From Octopus bimaculoides (taxonomy: Eukaryota): a DNA stretch of 64,000 nucleotides. This document shows positions 50,404-63,874 of the stretch, piece after piece. Location of the stretch: positions 72,609,484-72,673,483 of the forward strand of contig NC_068986.1 in assembly GCF_001194135.2 (NCBI RefSeq), given 5' to 3'. A program made the translations under genes and the position numbers. Each line of letters opens with the position of its first letter. Position 1 is the first letter of the stretch. The notes beneath the pieces are model-generated. The model searched no databases and was not told the origin of the DNA. It was given only the letters and a program-made list of their open reading frames with translations.

Positions 50404-53400
50404 TAGTAATATGGTCTGTTGTTTTATGCAGGAAATAAGTGATATTTTGCTTTATTGAAATATGGGAATATTATTAGTTTAATGCCTGTTTTTATTTCTG
50501 TAAACAATATTCCCTAAATAGGAAATTTTTGACAAACAAACATTTTCAAAACTGGAACACCTGTGATATCCTCTTGATCTAGTAAATTGACTTTCATCAA
50601 CAAAAAGCTTTATGTGCAAAGACTCTCCAACTCTACTGAGAAAAACATACAACTGACTATATGTGAACACTGTAGTAGGGAGATAAATCCTTCATTTTCA
50701 TAATTTGTCTTTGACTTTTGCTTATTAGCTTGGTGAATAGAGAATTAATGTTCAAATAGAGAATTAATGCTGACTTAAAGTGGAGGGCAAATGTGTATTG
50801 CATAATAGATGTGAGGAATCAACAAAGTACATCCTGGATCAACACCAGTAATTCTGTTGCTTTCATGAAAGTGTCAGTGGCAGATTTCTTGAAAATGGCA
50901 GTAAGGAATTCAACTATCTTTCTGAAATGATGAAAATGAAGGAACTGAAGTGGACAAATATGTGAATCTGAGTTATTTGCATGTTGGGAAGACTAAGAAA
51001 GATAAGTTAGTAAAGAGACAGACACAGATAGTCAGATGGATATAGGTTAGATAGACAGACAGACAAATTACACTTTCTTTTTTTTATAAATAGTAACTTT
51101 AAAAAAAATTTTTTAAAGAAATTTATGAATGGTAATTTGTATTTATCTTTACTTGCCTACTTACCTGATTTATTATTTCATTTCTGTCTTTTCTTTATTT
51201 TTGACTTAAAACTTTTAGCCGATTAAAATCACATCAATAATGAGGAAACAGAATCATTTGCTTAATTATTAATTCTAGTCTGGAAAAGCATTGAAATGAT
51301 CATTAAGCTAATAAGTCATTCCCTTTTCCCTGAGGTAAAATTTTAATTAATTAAATTTTTTTGGCTTACAGCATTATATTAGTACTGACCTTAGTATTTG
51401 GTTTTCATGCAGATTATCTCCCTAGGTAAAGTCCTTCAATCAACTATAGTATTTTTAAAAAAATAAGATTTGGAAGTAATAAAGAAATCGGTATTGTTAT
51501 CTTGTGGAGGATTACTTACAGTGGTCATGTACATAATATGCTTCTATTTTAACTGAAGAGTTGCAAGTTGATATCTTGGGTAGTGTGTTGTGTTCTATAT
51601 TGCAGTAAAGCATGAGGTTTTGGTTGTTGAAGTATGGAAATCAAACTCTCCTTCTACATTTCAAAATAATATTAGATCTTGCAGTCAGATTCTCAACAAC
51701 CATGACATTTTATGCTGTCTGTTTTACTTCAGTGTCCAAATTCAAATTCTACTAGTATCAGGTTTTATCTTCCATGCCATCACACAATTAAAATATATCA
51801 TTATTATTCTATTAGTTAATAGAGATGTTGTTCAAGGTTTGGTGACAAGTCTCCTCAAATCTCAAGAATCTTTCTTTGGATTCTTTTAGAATATAGGATT
51901 GTATATTTCTACGGATCAACAGTGCAAGTCTCAATTCCAATAAATTGGAGTTTTGATTGTTTTTCAAGAAGTCTTGATTGCTTTGTTCTAAAAGCTAACT
52001 TTTAGATCTATGACTTAGCGTGCCGTTGTTAAAATCTTTTAATGCTGGAATTTAGAATAAGAATGATTTAGTTTGTCTAGCCTAAATATTATGTGAGAAA
52101 TACTGCATGGATTTCAGAAACACTCATACTTTTAAGATGTGTTATTTAGTTCAACATTTCACATTTCTAAATCCTAATTCTCCTGAATCAATGTTGTTGA
52201 CAGCCTCATTTTCATTAATATTTTGAGAACTAATTTATTAGCTATTAGCTTTGTTTTAAGTATATAGGTACTAATTATAGCTCTATTAATAGTCTATGTG
52301 TATTAGTTTCTATTATAAGACTTAAATTTCTTTTTTTTTACAAACGGATGTTATCCAAATTCCTTTATGTTATTGATATTTGTATCAACCTCAGAAGGAT
52401 GAAAAGAAAATTTGAACTCAGGAGTATAATTTTAGTGTAATTTGAACGCGGAAGTATAAAGTAATGAACAAAATATTATTGAGTGTCTAGTTCAACTATT
52501 TAAATAGATCGTGGTATCCATTGCACTTTGAACTAAATATCTATAAATTGATAGTCCTAGATTAAATTTGACTATTTTTCACCTACTGCATCTTTTACAC
52601 TGTTCTAATATGTTTATATTAAATACCTTGCTTACTAAATGTAATCTATTCACATTATTAAAATTGAAATTACTAAATTTCTTCCTTATATATATATATA
52701 TACAGATGCACACACATTTTCATCACTTTCTAAAATTTTGTTTAACTCTCATGTCCATCTGTCCGTCTCTTATTCCTCTCATTCCATTTATGCTATTTCA
52801 CATGAATATGTTTCCTATACTGGCATAGGTTGAACCAAGTAACTTATTTGAAGTAGTATTTTTATGACCAGGTACCAACTCTTACCTGTTATTTAAATAA
52901 GAAACTTTTTTATTCCACTATTTTAAGAGCACATGGACTGTAATATTTACTAGAGATGCATATATAAAACCACTTTTGGAGTTTTTTTTATCATTCATCT
53001 AACATCATGCAAGTAGTTTAAATGATAACTCTCAGGCACATGCATGTGCACAAAACACACACACACACACACACACATGCATGCATGCACAAGTTTCCAT
53101 ACCAATTTCATCTAGCAAATTTGCTCACATGGCATTGATTGGTCTGGGGCTAAAGTAGAAAATGTTTTGTACAGAGGGGCTGAACTTCAAACTTTGTGGA
53201 GTGAAACAAACTTCTTGGACACAATTACACAAACACACGTGTGTGTGTGTGTGTGCATGTGTACATGTATATTTAGGATCAATCAAAATTGTCTCCTTGT
53301 GTAGACATTGTGTACTGATTATAAACAAAGTTCCAGTTCATACAAAACAGTTATTTGTTTGTAATCTGTGGAAACATATCTAGCCATTGAGATCTTCGTA

Positions 53401-55336
53401 TCTGAAGGACTAGGGGAATATTACTTTGCTTGGAAACAGGTGAGAGGTGGTAACAGGAAAAGCATCTGATAGAATATCTGCCTCAACAAATTTTTTTTGA
53501 CCCATGCAAGCATGGGTAGATGTTAAAACTATGACACTAGTAACAAGACAGCTGCTAGAGTTGTCAACACAAATACAGCTATGAGGTTAAGAAGTTCACT
53601 TCACAATCACATGGTTCTACAGTCAATCTCACAGTACAGTACTTTATCAGTGGATTTTGATATGCATGAAATGTACAGAAGCTTTGTGTGTGCGTGTCCA
53701 CTGGTGATCCTGAGCATCATTTAAATTAACATTGTTTTGTTTAACATAAGTGCAAAGTAATGTTAAATGAAATACTGCGTATTTATTTTCCCTTCTCTCT
53801 CTGGAATTTTTTTTTTTAATTCATTAAAACTCTTTCAATTAAGGAAAACAAAAATAAATAATGATGAGTAACATTATTTGTTATTCAAACGAAGTAAATA
53901 ACAAAAGTAAGTGATTTACACTTACGATATAGAAGTTTTATCATTAAAAGCTTCTTTTAATTAACTTATCAACTGACTAAATTAAATAAGTTATTGGACT
54001 CTGAAGTTTGATTGAATGATATCAAAATGTTATTGTTCTTTTTTTTTTCTATCCCTTTTTTTTTTTCTTTTGTTATATTTAATTAGAAAAATAACAATAG
54101 AATCAGTACAATTCTTTCTTGATAACTTTCAGTTCTTCTAGACTGACTTTATATAATTTTTTAGAAGGAAATTTTTTTTACATTTAAAATACATGGTAAG
54201 ATAATTTTAGAAATTTTATAGCAGTATTCAAAATTTTTAGATATTTATCATGATTATTAATATTGAATATTAGGTCTTGTTTTGCTTCCTGCTTGTAACT
54301 ATTTTATTTGTACTACAAATGCTCTCGGCAAAGTTATATACATCAAAACATTCAATTTGTACATGTATCTATGTAAGTGTGTGTGTGTGTGTATATATTT
54401 GATCATTTTAATGACTACATTTCTATGTTAGCATAAATTAAATGAATATATTATCAAATTGTTTTACAACTGGATGCCTTTACTGCCACTAATTTTTAAC
54501 TGTTTTTCAAGTAAGGGTTACCTTATTTCACGTGTCTTTGAAGGCTTGAAACCAATGGGTAACCAATTGACAGGAGAAATTACAGCAATGTCACTGCTTG
54601 TGGCTTGTGCAATTTCCAGAAAAATGCAAACATAAAGTCACACATACACACACACATGGATTTATTTCAGTTTTCTTCTATGAAATTCACCTACAAGGCA
54701 TTTGTATGTATGTATGTGTGTGTGTGGGTGGGGGGGTGAACTTTTCAAAAAGTAACACTTGATACTTTCAGTTGAAGAGAACAAATCTTATATATTTTTT
54801 TTTAGTTTTTTTATTTTCTTTCCTCCTTTTTGCTCTGTATATTCTCTCTTTCAGTTATTGAAACAGTCTACAGACCATGTTGATTATCCATCAACTCCTT
54901 GATTAAACTTTTGTTATTGCTTGAAGGGTTGTACCACTACAAAAATGTAACCTGTGAAAAATATTTTTGTGTTACTTATTAATAAGCTATTTTGCATTTT
55001 CTAAAACGTAGTAGTGTATATATGTAAAACATATTTGTTAGTTCAATTTGAAGAAACCTATATCATTTATTTGTTCATCAACAAATGACAAACATCTAAA
55101 TGCAGTTATTTAAGAAATCATTTTCTTTTATCTTTTATTATTACATATGCTAACATCTTTTACACACCAGTGCTCAGGAGATTGGTGGATGAGACAAATT
55201 ACATAGTAGATAATACACCTTTCTGATTAGTACTAATATACAATTATTCACAAGTTTTCTACTATATATGTAGGTAAACTGATGAAAGTTAGATTTAAGT
55301 GTAACAAGGCCTTATATATGTGTATATTTATATATA

Positions 55337-55380
<44 letters not shown>

Positions 55381-55914
55381 CACCATTTTAATTTCCCCTT
55401 TTCTATGTTTGCATGTAATAGACAGAATTTGTTAAAGTGAATTTTCTAAGGCTGGATACCCTTTCTGTTGCCAGTAGTCAGCTGTTTTCAAGTAAGGTAA
55501 TATTTACCCTTGTCTCGATGATCTTTCATGGAAGACTGGAAAAGAATGGCACTGTCTGCATGACAGAGGCATTTGCTTACAACTATTGCACAATGGTAAT
55601 GTGGAAGAAAAAGCAAATTTGTTAATTAACTGAATAGCTTTCTTTTGGTTATGTTTATGTGTGTAGAAACAATATAGTCCAAATATGTCAGTAGTAGTCC
55701 TGTGTGAGCAACACTTGTGTAACTGCTCAATGCAGACATACATATTTCTGCTATGTATAATAGTTTACTTTTTGTTTTCTTTAGACCATGATTGTGGTTC
55801 AGAATATTCATCTTGAAGAATTTCATGCTATATCTGAGGAAAGTAATACTTAACTCTTCCAATTATTTTTATTTTTACTGAGCATTTAAATTTGTTTCTT
55901 TTTTTTTTTTTTAG

Positions 55915-56067
55915 GAAACAGAGACAACTGATCTGGATTTACCTGATGACGATGAACTGGCAGAAGCCTTTGATATGCACTCTCTGATTATTTCCAGTCT
56001 TAACACAGATGAAGGTCATCTGGCCACTGCTGATGAGGTCATTAATGAAATAGAGCACATGATGCAG
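55915..56067 (+). CDS. unc-76: UNC-76/FEZ coding exon 3 (153 nt, phase 0-0)
   Basis: Long poly-T tract then AG|GAA. Translates ETETTDLDLPDDDELAEAFDMHSLIISSLNTDEGHLATADEVINEIEHMMQ, matching the FEZ DMHSLI and TADxVIxEIExMMQ motifs. Donor GTAAAT at 56068. Confidence 0.93.
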
Positions 56068-56119
56068 GTAAATTATAATTGCTTTCTCCAAATATCAGGT
56101 TGAGAAATTATATAATTAA

Positions 56120-56730
56120 GGAATTTGAAATTTGAAATCTGAAATCGAAATCGAACCGAATCCAACGACTGACACCCATGCCAACCTCTCCTTCATTGGA
56201 CACTAAACTCTACTTGCGAAGACCTGTTGGGGCAAGTGAAATCGTAATTGACTTGATGACTGGCATACTCGATGACTGGCACCTGCGCCAGTGGAGCACT
56301 AACAGCACTGTCCGAGTGTGTTCATTGCCAGAGCAGCTGTCTGGCTTCCATGCTAGTGGCCCATAAATAGCACCATTTGAGAGTAATCGTTACCTGCATT
56401 GTCTTCTAGCACTTGTGCTGATGGCACGTTAGAAAATCATTTGAGCGAGGTCGTTGCCAGTGCTGCTGGACTGGCTCCCATGCAGGTGGCATGTAAAATA
56501 CACCTTTTTAAGCGTGGCCGTTGCCAGTACCATGTGACTGGCACATAAAAGCACCCACTACACTCTCGGAGTGGTTGGCGTTAGGAAGGGCATCCAGCTG
56601 TAGAAACTCTGCCAGATCAGATTGGAGCCTGGTGCAGCCATCTGGCTTGCCAGTCCTCGGTCAAATCGTCCAACCCATACTAGCCTGGAAAGCGGACGTT
56701 AAGCGATTATGATGATGATGACGATGATGA
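56120..56730 (+). mobile_element. RTE 3' UTR and tail fragment ~55 nt downstream of the exon 3 donor
   Basis: Reverse complement of the 3' UTR at 14049-14600. Ends GCGGACGTTAAGCGATTATGATGATGATG. Confidence 0.85.
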
Positions 56731-59700
56731 ATAAATACATATGATTAAGAAACATAATTAAAACATATGTTTTGTAAGTATGTAGTTCAATACAAAATCA
56801 TTTACATGGCAGAACTTGTTTTCTACATTTATTTTTTACCTGATGGAATTAACATGTTTTTGTAAATTAAGACATTTGCATATAAATTATTCAAATATAC
56901 CTATGCTTTTCACATTCGTATGATTTATAAACCAACATTTACTAAGTCTTCTCTCTCTCTGTTTCTTCTTTCACTGCTAGTTTGGAGGAACAGAAATTCC
57001 TGTTCTTCCAAACCAGCTAGCTAAATGCTACCTACACCTAATGCCTCATCAATATTGCACCCCAATCCACTCCCATCTAATGTTCCATCAATCCTACATC
57101 CTATTCATTGTTTCATCATGATTACCTCCATCCAATGCATCACTAATATTGTCCCTATCTAATGACCCATCCAATTCCTACCCTGTCTTACTCCATCGCA
57201 CTCAGTATTAAGCACTTTATCTCATCCTTTCTACTTGCAACTAGAGTACCTGCCTGTTCATGTTATTCTTACAATCACTAACCTGCAGACCAAGTTGAAC
57301 TAGTCTGAGGGAGCCTGCAATGTCTGTTGATGCTGTCCACTACTAATTTGACTAAATAAAAAAACACATAACACATATGCACACATACACTCACTTTCTC
57401 TCTCTCTCTCTCACTTGAAAAAGAAATTAGTGTATTATGTACTTGTAACTGACTAAACTGAAGAAATCGAAGTATTGTACCATTCCCAAGAACACAATAT
57501 ACAAGCTTTTGCAATCATTTGTGACGTAGAACTTTGCAAATGTTTTCCCCAGGTTACACAAAGGCTTTTCATTTAAGATATTCTTATAGATTGACAACAA
57601 ATATGAAAATAAATTCTTGATAGAGAAGCAATACATTTAAGCTCCCTTGAGAAAGTTATTTCTATATTAAAAATTTTTTTAAATCAGTATAAGTAACTTT
57701 TCAAGTTACTTCAGTTTTTTAAAATCTATTTGAAAGTGGGAGTAGTTAAACCTAATGAGGTATCTCAATTTCTGCATGAGAAATGAAGAAAGATTATGGC
57801 AGGAAACTTTCATTTAACCGAGTTTTTAGAGTACCAAATAGTTAACTGACAAATTGTTTGAATATATTCTGTCACTGACAGAGCAATGCATCTATGACCA
57901 AAATATAATTCACTAAGGGTTAGTAGCATACAAATTTGGTATGTCTTTTGTCAGTTTGCTTTGCTGATGTCACTCAGTATCACCTAAGGTGTGCTGTAAC
58001 CATACTGACTAGCCCTAGACATACTAGCATCTTCTGTGGTGATCCAATGTGTTGTAGAATTTACAACCAGATGTACTCTTTTACTTGTTTCAGTCAGTGG
58101 ACTACAGCCATACTGGAATACTGTTTTGTAGAGTCAGTCAAACAAATCATGAATTTCAACAAACCAATTGTAACTATTACATTGCCCTAGGATTATTGTA
58201 GTAGTAATCATATCGACAATAACAACAGTCACTAGAGTATATCAAATGTGAAAGCAAGGTTGTAGAAATGTCCTCAATGTTTTTATGATATTTGGATCAA
58301 ATTCTTTCTTATGTGACAGACAGACTTCAGTCAGTATGTTTGTGAATAGGTCTGCAAATCATTCACAGGTTGTCTGGCTACACAGACACTCACACAAACT
58401 CATAGACACAGGCTGTCTGACGATGCACATATATACACATCCATTCACATTCACTTATACAAACATTCATATATGTAGATACTCACATAGTCACATGCAT
58501 GCGTGAGCACACACACACACTCATGCACAATCACACAACCATAAACATATATATGCACAGACAGGCTTGTCTGAAATTGACCTTGTAATTTCCAGACAAT
58601 ACCAGATACACCCCATCCCTGTAAGACTTTCATGCACATGTATACATCTTTTAGCTTCCACAAATACAATAGTAAGTCAATACAGAGCACTGCAGGTATT
58701 CAGTGGTACTCCATCTATTATTACATATCATACACAGTGTATCCATGCTGGAAGGCTTAATATCATATGGGCCCAGCATCAATGTTCCAGGTAGAACAAA
58801 CCTGGGAGCTGTCAAAGTCCAAATAGTTTGGTGCATTATGTGATTATTTGCCTGGTGCAATAATGTTCAGTGCGGGCAATAGAAGTACCCATTATTCTGC
58901 AGTATTGGCTTGTGTAATAGAGACAATTGGCTTGAGTAATAGTGAAAATCATATAACATAAGAGTATCTTGAAGAGACATGCTTTTGTCGTATAAAGCAT
59001 AAAAAGTATCAATAACAGTTTCTGTATTTCTTATGAATATATAATACAGCTTGCCTGTTCAGAGTTATGATGATTATTATCAAACCACATGGAGTATAGG
59101 AATAGTGTGGAAGCATTTCCCAATCCCAAGCCTTTTGGCCATGTGTTGTGCCTTCCAGCACACTTTTAAATTACATATGCACTTATATAGATACATGTGT
59201 ATATATGTATATATATTTGATTAACTTTCACACAGTTCCCATTGCCCAAATTCACTAACTAGGCTTTAGTTGGCTCAGGACTGTAGTAGAAGACATTTAC
59301 CCAAGGTGTTATACAGTAGGACTGATCCCCAAACCATGTGGTTGCAAAACGAATTTTTGAAACAGCTATATCTGCACCATCAAAATAATATTTACTCAAC
59401 CACAAAATTTTGTGGCATGAGTGGAAGAATTGCTGAAGATTTGTTAATTATTTTTTTTCATAAGATCTTTCCAAATTTGTACAAATATAGATGTTAGAAG
59501 TGAAGTGGCTGACTTAGGATATTAAGAGTCATGTATTATTTATTTCTATCCTATTTTGTTCTTTATATATCTATTTATCTAGCTGAAGAAAAGATACAAA
59601 GCATTATAAGAAGTAATATACAGTAGCAAATTCCAAATATCAGTTGAGCTTCCTTAATAAGCCATTGGTTAATATAGTCATTAATATATAAATATATAAA

Positions 59701-60778
59701 TATGTATAGAACAATAGAAGACTTTTTACTTAATTATTAGGTTTATTTTCTTTATATGATTTAGTCAGAAGAGGCACAGCAGCATCAATGAGTCTTTCAG
59801 GACATCTGAGATAGGTGGGAGGAAGGGGAGAAGATGTTCTCAGATTGGAGACTGAGCTCAAATGTTTGTAACAGATTGGACCCACCCAGAGGCACTCATA
59901 GACCAGATAGTGGTGTTAAACTGGGTAACAGATTAGGTCAGCCAGACCAAAACAAGAAAAGTCTCTGACAAGCTTCACACAGTTTCTGTCTACTAAATTC
60001 CACTCACAAAATTTTGGTTGATCTGAAATTATGATAAAAACTACTTGACCAAAACGCTATGCAGTTAGTTTGAACACCAAACTTCTTAACCACACAGTCC
60101 TGCTTACAAAGATATTGTTGTATTTTGATGTGAAAATTATTTGAACCAACAACAGTCTATATGGTGTAATTGATTCACTCATTAAGTACTTTTACTTTGA
60201 TCTTAATTTGAAAAATCTCAAAGCTTGAACCTTCAAAGCTGAGATAATTAACTGAATTTCTGTTGAAATACTTCCTACTTTTCTACATTTACATGCATTT
60301 TCTATGCTTGCATAGGAGAAGCAATTTTGTTATGGAGTAGTAGTTTTTGCAGTCAAATTACACTCTTACCATTGAGCATGTAGGTGTTATGTATTTTTTT
60401 CAGGGAAGTATATGGAGACAGTTGATATGAGGTGCAATTTGTTTTGTTAATGAAGTATACTGGAAAAGTTGTTTATGAGGCTTGTTTAAAAGTGTTACAC
60501 TTCCTTTACTTCATAACTATTGTATGTGTGCAAGGTGTGTGTGTGTAAATCTGTATCAACTGGAGCACTGACACAGCATATATAAGATTAAAACTGTAAC
60601 TAAGGTTACTAACATATTTTTAGTGATTGCCACAATATCTCAGCAACCAGGATTGAGTAAGTGGCTTTAAAGAAAAGTGAAACTAATTGATAGTTCACTC
60701 ATTCTCACTCCCTGGCTGCTGAGAAGATTGGGTTAATTACGGAATGTATTTTGACCATAACCTTGTTTACACTTTTGA

Positions 60779-60780
<2 letters not shown>

Positions 60781-60847
<67 letters not shown>

Positions 60848-60865
60848 ATATATATGTGTGTGTGT
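60781..60865. repeat. (TA)n / (TATG)n / (TG)n microsatellite
   Basis: Directly visible. Confidence 0.95.
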
Positions 60866-61409
60866 CTTGTTTCAGCCATTGGGCTGTGGCCATGCTGGGG
60901 CACCACTTTGATGGGTTTAGTTGAACAGTTGATTCCCAATACATAAATTTTTAAGCCTGATACTTATTTTATCTTTTTGGTGAACAGCTGTTATACTGAC
61001 ATAAACAAACCAACACCAGTTGCCAAGTGGTGAAGAGTGACAAACACAGATACACACACACACATGCATGCGTGCGCGCGCACACACACACACACACACA
61101 CATACACATATATATAATGGGTTTCCACACAGTTTGACCAAATGTACACATTGTAAAATAATGAGGATTCTTTATTCTTATGGCGTATGTGGTGACTCTT
61201 CTGATGCTGATACCACAATAAAATGCAGTAATTACACACTGTAGAAACTGAGCCCAAAAGAAATTGTAAGATCAATATGTACTCCACCAATTTATATACG
61301 AGAGTAGTGTTACCTAATAAGAAATGACTCAAGTTCTGACAACCGATCCAACATAAGTAACCATGGAATGTAGGTGATGATGATGATGGTGGTGACAACA
61401 GTTGTTGTG

Positions 61410-61710
61410 ATGATACATATCATCATCATTTAATGTCTGTCTTCCATACTGGCATGGGTTGGACAGTTTGACAGGAGGTGGCAAGCCTGGGAACTAGACC
61501 AAGCTCCAGTGTCTGCTTTGGCATGGTGTTTACAGCTAGATGGCCTTCCTAACACTAACCACTTTAGAAAGTGTACTGGGTGCTTTTTATCTGGCACCAG
61601 CATAGTCTGATTTGACATGGTTTTATGGCTGGATGCCTTTCCTAATGCCAACCACTTGACAGAGTTAACTGGGTGCTTTTTATGTGGCAGCAACACCAAC
61701 ATGGTCACTT
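61410..61710 (-). mobile_element. RTE-type 3' tail element (intron 3, antisense)
   Basis: CATCATCATTTAATGTCTG...CATACTGGCATGGGTTGGACAGTTTGAC...GGATGCCTTTCCTAATGCCAACCAC, inverted relative to 56560-56730. Confidence 0.7.
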
Positions 61711-61779
61711 CATAACTTGCAAGACAAAGACCCCTCGAGAGGGAAGTGGTATTGAGGGAGGCATATATATATATATATA

Positions 61780-61960
61780 TAGTTGAAATTTACAGAAAAA
61801 CAAAAGATGAAGACAGGTGTATGAACAACAAGCAGGTGTTTTAGTTTGATGCTTGGGAAAGTGAGAAAGTTCTTTACATTTCAAGCCTATGCTCTTCAAC
61901 AGAAAGGAATAAGAGAAAATAAACAGAGAGAGAATTAAAAAAAACGGTGGATTTAGTGAT
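61780..61960 (-). mobile_element. Possible Penelope-like element terminal fragment with a hammerhead-like motif
   Basis: Minus strand 61870-61907 reads CCTTT-CTGTTGA-A-GAGC-ATAG-GCTT-GAAA-TGTA-AAGA. The Penelope assignment is inferred from this motif only. Confidence 0.4.
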
Positions 61961-62059
61961 ACACACACAGTGTTCAGGCTAAATTTGACAGTTTGCATAA
62001 AAAGAAAAGAAATCACAGAATTCCATCCAAAAATTAAAATATTTTAAAAAATCAAAAAA

Positions 62060-62560
62060 TATCCACCAGATTATGGTTCAGCAATAACAGTTTATTCAGA
62101 GTAGCCAGGCTCAATTTTCACCATGGCCTTAAGACAGCTCCAGAACCGACACATGTGTTCCTCACTGTGACCCTGGGAAGATCTTCAAGCACCTCCTTGA
62201 TCTTTGTCACTGGCTCAGCCTTGAGTTGCAGGCAGAGTGACTGGTCTCTTTTGTAACCATGCCCCACACATAGTCATCCATGGGATTACAATCGAGGGAA
62301 TTAGGAAGCCAGAAATTCAGGCTGGTGAAGTCATAGAAATTCTCCGACAACCACTTCTGACTCTTTCTGGAGGTATGGCAAGGAGTTGAATCCTGCTGCC
62401 ACACATACAACCTTCCAACAGCAACCCTCTCCAGCCTGGGATTGACTAATCTCCACCAGCTTTGCAAAACTGTCTTAATGGATCCAAAGGCCCTGTTCAA
62501 AGATGTGGGGCAGCATACCCTAAGACCATCACAATATTCAGATTGTTCCCAATCCTCCAT
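62060..62560 (-). mobile_element. Tc1/mariner DD37D (maT-like) transposase fragment
   Basis: YVWQQDSTPCHTSRKSQKWLSENFYDFTSLNFWLPNSLDCNPMDDYVW has 37 residues between the catalytic D residues. Homologous to 10565-11157. Confidence 0.8.
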
Positions 62561-62754
62561 GTCAGCTAACATTTTCTTAACTACAACTTTAATCTTTATG
62601 CTCTTCAATGTGGTTGACTGTTCATCAATATATTAAGCTATTCCTGTAAAAAGGAAACAAAAAAATCTTCAAATATAGCCTGAACACCCTATATACACAC
62701 ACGCATGTGCACATATAAATATATGATGGGTGTGTGTGTATACACCAGCATTAT

Positions 62755-63170
62755 AATTAAAGGAGACACCTTAAAGAGAAGTAATTACAGAGGTATCAAA
62801 TTGCTGGACCAGGTCATGAAAGTTAGAGAAAGAGTTAGACCTCAACTAATCAGGAAGAGAATTAGCCTAGCTGAGATGTAGTTTTGTGATATAGAGAAGC
62901 ACTACTGCTGCTTTTTTTCTAGAAAGGCAACTTCAGGAGAATTTAGCCAAAAGTAAGCCACTGCGTTTGTTGGCTCAGAGAAAGCATTTGACACTAAATG
63001 TGGATGGAACCTATGGAAGAGGGAAACAAGGAAGACAGGGAATAAAGTAGTGGAGACCAATCTCAGGATGTTGAACCTCATGGAAGAGATGACAAAGGAC
63101 CAAGATGATTGGTGATTTACTGTGCTCAAGAAGACCTGACCATCTGTGCAAAAATTAGGTTCTTGAAAGC
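62755..63170 (+). mobile_element. Decayed RTE RT fragment
   Basis: AATTACAGAGGTATCAAATTGCTGGACCAGGTCATGAAAG = NYRGIKLLDQVMK, as in the ORF at 48949-49272. Confidence 0.7.
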
Positions 63171-63762
63171 ATATCATTTTGTCTACACATTCAAGTCATC
63201 CCCACCACTCATCTTCTCAGTATCTATCCCCCATCATTCAACTAACTCTACCTCAGCTGTTATAATAATTATATGACAGCAGAGTTGCATCATACCCTTT
63301 TGCACTTCAGTTTCCCCTCTACTTGGAATTACCTCCCCATGTCATCCACCTCACATTTTCAGTATCATCCCATAACACTATTGAACTAATATCAGCCATC
63401 AGTGCCCCTCTCCACACTCATGTAGACAGATATTGAGTTGCCAGTGTTTCAGTATTGTGAAGAAGGTGCTTGGGATGCAATGGAGTTGATTGAAATGTTT
63501 GGGTATTTGATGGCAGGGCAGTAACTATTTGTGTTTGAGATACACATATAAATAACAGATTCTAAATTGTTCAAAGATTTCTACATAAAGATGCCTTCAC
63601 ATGCATACAGGCATAGAAGTTTGTTGACTTATGTGTCATTCTTAATCTAGTGTGATACAAATAAATTAATTTTTGGTCTAAGTATTTTATTTTCTGTTTA
63701 AATGGAATTCAATTTTCTCTTCCGAAATTGAGTGTTATTATTTTTTTAACTATTGTCATTAG

Positions 63763-63874
63763 GATTCCCCAAGTGAAGAGTCACCCGAGGAAGAGGAGGA
63801 AATATCTGAGGAAATGGATAGTTATACAAAAGTGAAAGAAACTTTAAAACATTTGCAAACAATTACAGAAACAG
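63763..63874 (+). CDS. unc-76: UNC-76/FEZ coding exon 4 (gene continues beyond the window)
   Basis: Acceptor cattAG|GAT. Translates DSPSEESPEEEEEISEEMDSYTKVKETLKHLQTITET, an acidic segment as expected after MMQ in FEZ proteins. Donor G|GTATGT at 63875 (phase 1). Frame is compatible with exon 3. Confidence 0.85.

Noticed and set aside
56030-56052. Hammerhead-like CTGATGA...GAAA inside exon 3 (similar hits at ~12588 and ~43052)
   Set aside because: No helix II or helix I/III pairing; these are chance matches in coding or AT-rich DNA.
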